A stretch of 36,735 nt of DNA from Candidatus Humimicrobiales bacterium (lineage in GTDB: Bacteria > Actinomycetota > Humimicrobiia > Humimicrobiales > Humimicrobiaceae), in NCBI GenBank assembly GCA_038320085.1, contig JBBQDW010000003.1, positions 1 to 36,735 of the forward strand, written 5' to 3'. Of the stretch, positions 36,350 to 36,735 are shown in pieces (position 1 is the stretch's first letter; every line of letters begins with the position of its first letter). Under the pieces are notes generated by a model. That model saw only the letters and a list, made by a program, of their open reading frames with translations, did not search any database and was not told the origin of the DNA. The position numbers and the translations under genes are program-made.

Positions 36350-36735
36350 TTGAACAGGGTTGTAATCAAAGAAAAGATTCTGGAGTCAGTCGATTCAAAA
36401 GAAAATGTTATTTTAATTAATGAATGTAAAAAGTCTGCCAAAGAAAATGAGGCATTATTTTTTTTAAAACCCGAATTTTTTGGGATAGAAAATATTGAAC
36501 ACATTGAACAGATGCTGTCTATGATACTGGATAAAATAAAAGAATTTGACATAGATATCTCAGGGGTACTTACCTTAAAAGGTAATTTTTTAAAAGAGGC
36601 AAAAATCATTGAAAGGCACTATGGTTTTATAAACAGGATGTCTACGCATGGCTCCAAATTGCTGACTGATTTGGATTTGGAAAAAATAAAACAGGTCCTT
36701 TCCATACAAAGCCTTGAAGGTTATAAAATATTTGG
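36350..36735 (+). CDS. Partial ORF running off the window end; possibly nucleoside-diphosphate-kinase-like
   Basis: Not in the ORF track; GGAGGAG then TTG 36350, open to the end: MNRVVIKEK...NEALFFLKPE...IERHYGFIN; KPE and HY resemble NDK N-terminal motifs. Confidence 0.6.
   Translation, partial: MNRVVIKEKILESVDSKENVILINECKKSAKENEALFFLKPEFFGIENIEHIEQMLSMILDKIKEFDIDISGVLTLKGNFLKEAKIIERHYGFINRMSTHGSKLLTDLDLEKIKQVLSIQSLEGYKIF

Noticed and set aside
32-36609. Numerous short antisense or alternate-frame ORFs (e.g. 768-1439, 5648-6091, 8117-8707, 27022-27522, 36328-36609)
   Set aside because: They overlap well-supported genes and show no family motifs; consistent with shadow frames

Overview
A low-GC anaerobic-bacterium chromosomal window dominated by a ~26.5 kb hydrogen/redox gene cluster (about 7.2-33.7 kb). 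On the + strand: hypB, a histidine kinase with no recognisable sensor domain, a trimeric [FeFe]-hydrogenase in the order hydB-hydA-hydC, a stand-alone receiver protein, a four-subunit group 3b [NiFe]-hydrogenase and a RuBisCO-like (form IV) protein. The HydB/NuoF subunit is fused to a circularly permuted GltD/NfnB-like FAD/NADP(H) module instead of the usual C-terminal ferredoxin domain. On the - strand: nfnAB with a NitT/TauT-type ABC transporter, and hypF-(HI0933 flavoprotein)-hypC-hypD-hypE; a maturation protease lies on the + strand between them. Flanks carry DUF1846, an orphan fliA-fliS pair behind an AT-rich region, GTP-PEPCK, DUF1015, metX-metW and a truncated ORF with NDK-like motifs. 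A second signal is pervasive short degenerate tandem duplication. It appears between genes (about 9, 13, 18, 21 and 34 nt periods, including a ~6.5-copy 34-nt array built from the hypC/hypD overlap) and as low-complexity insertions in many proteins. Candidate structured leaders precede hypB and metX. No rRNA, tRNA, CRISPR array or transposase was recognised. All calls are from motif recognition by eye; no searches were run.
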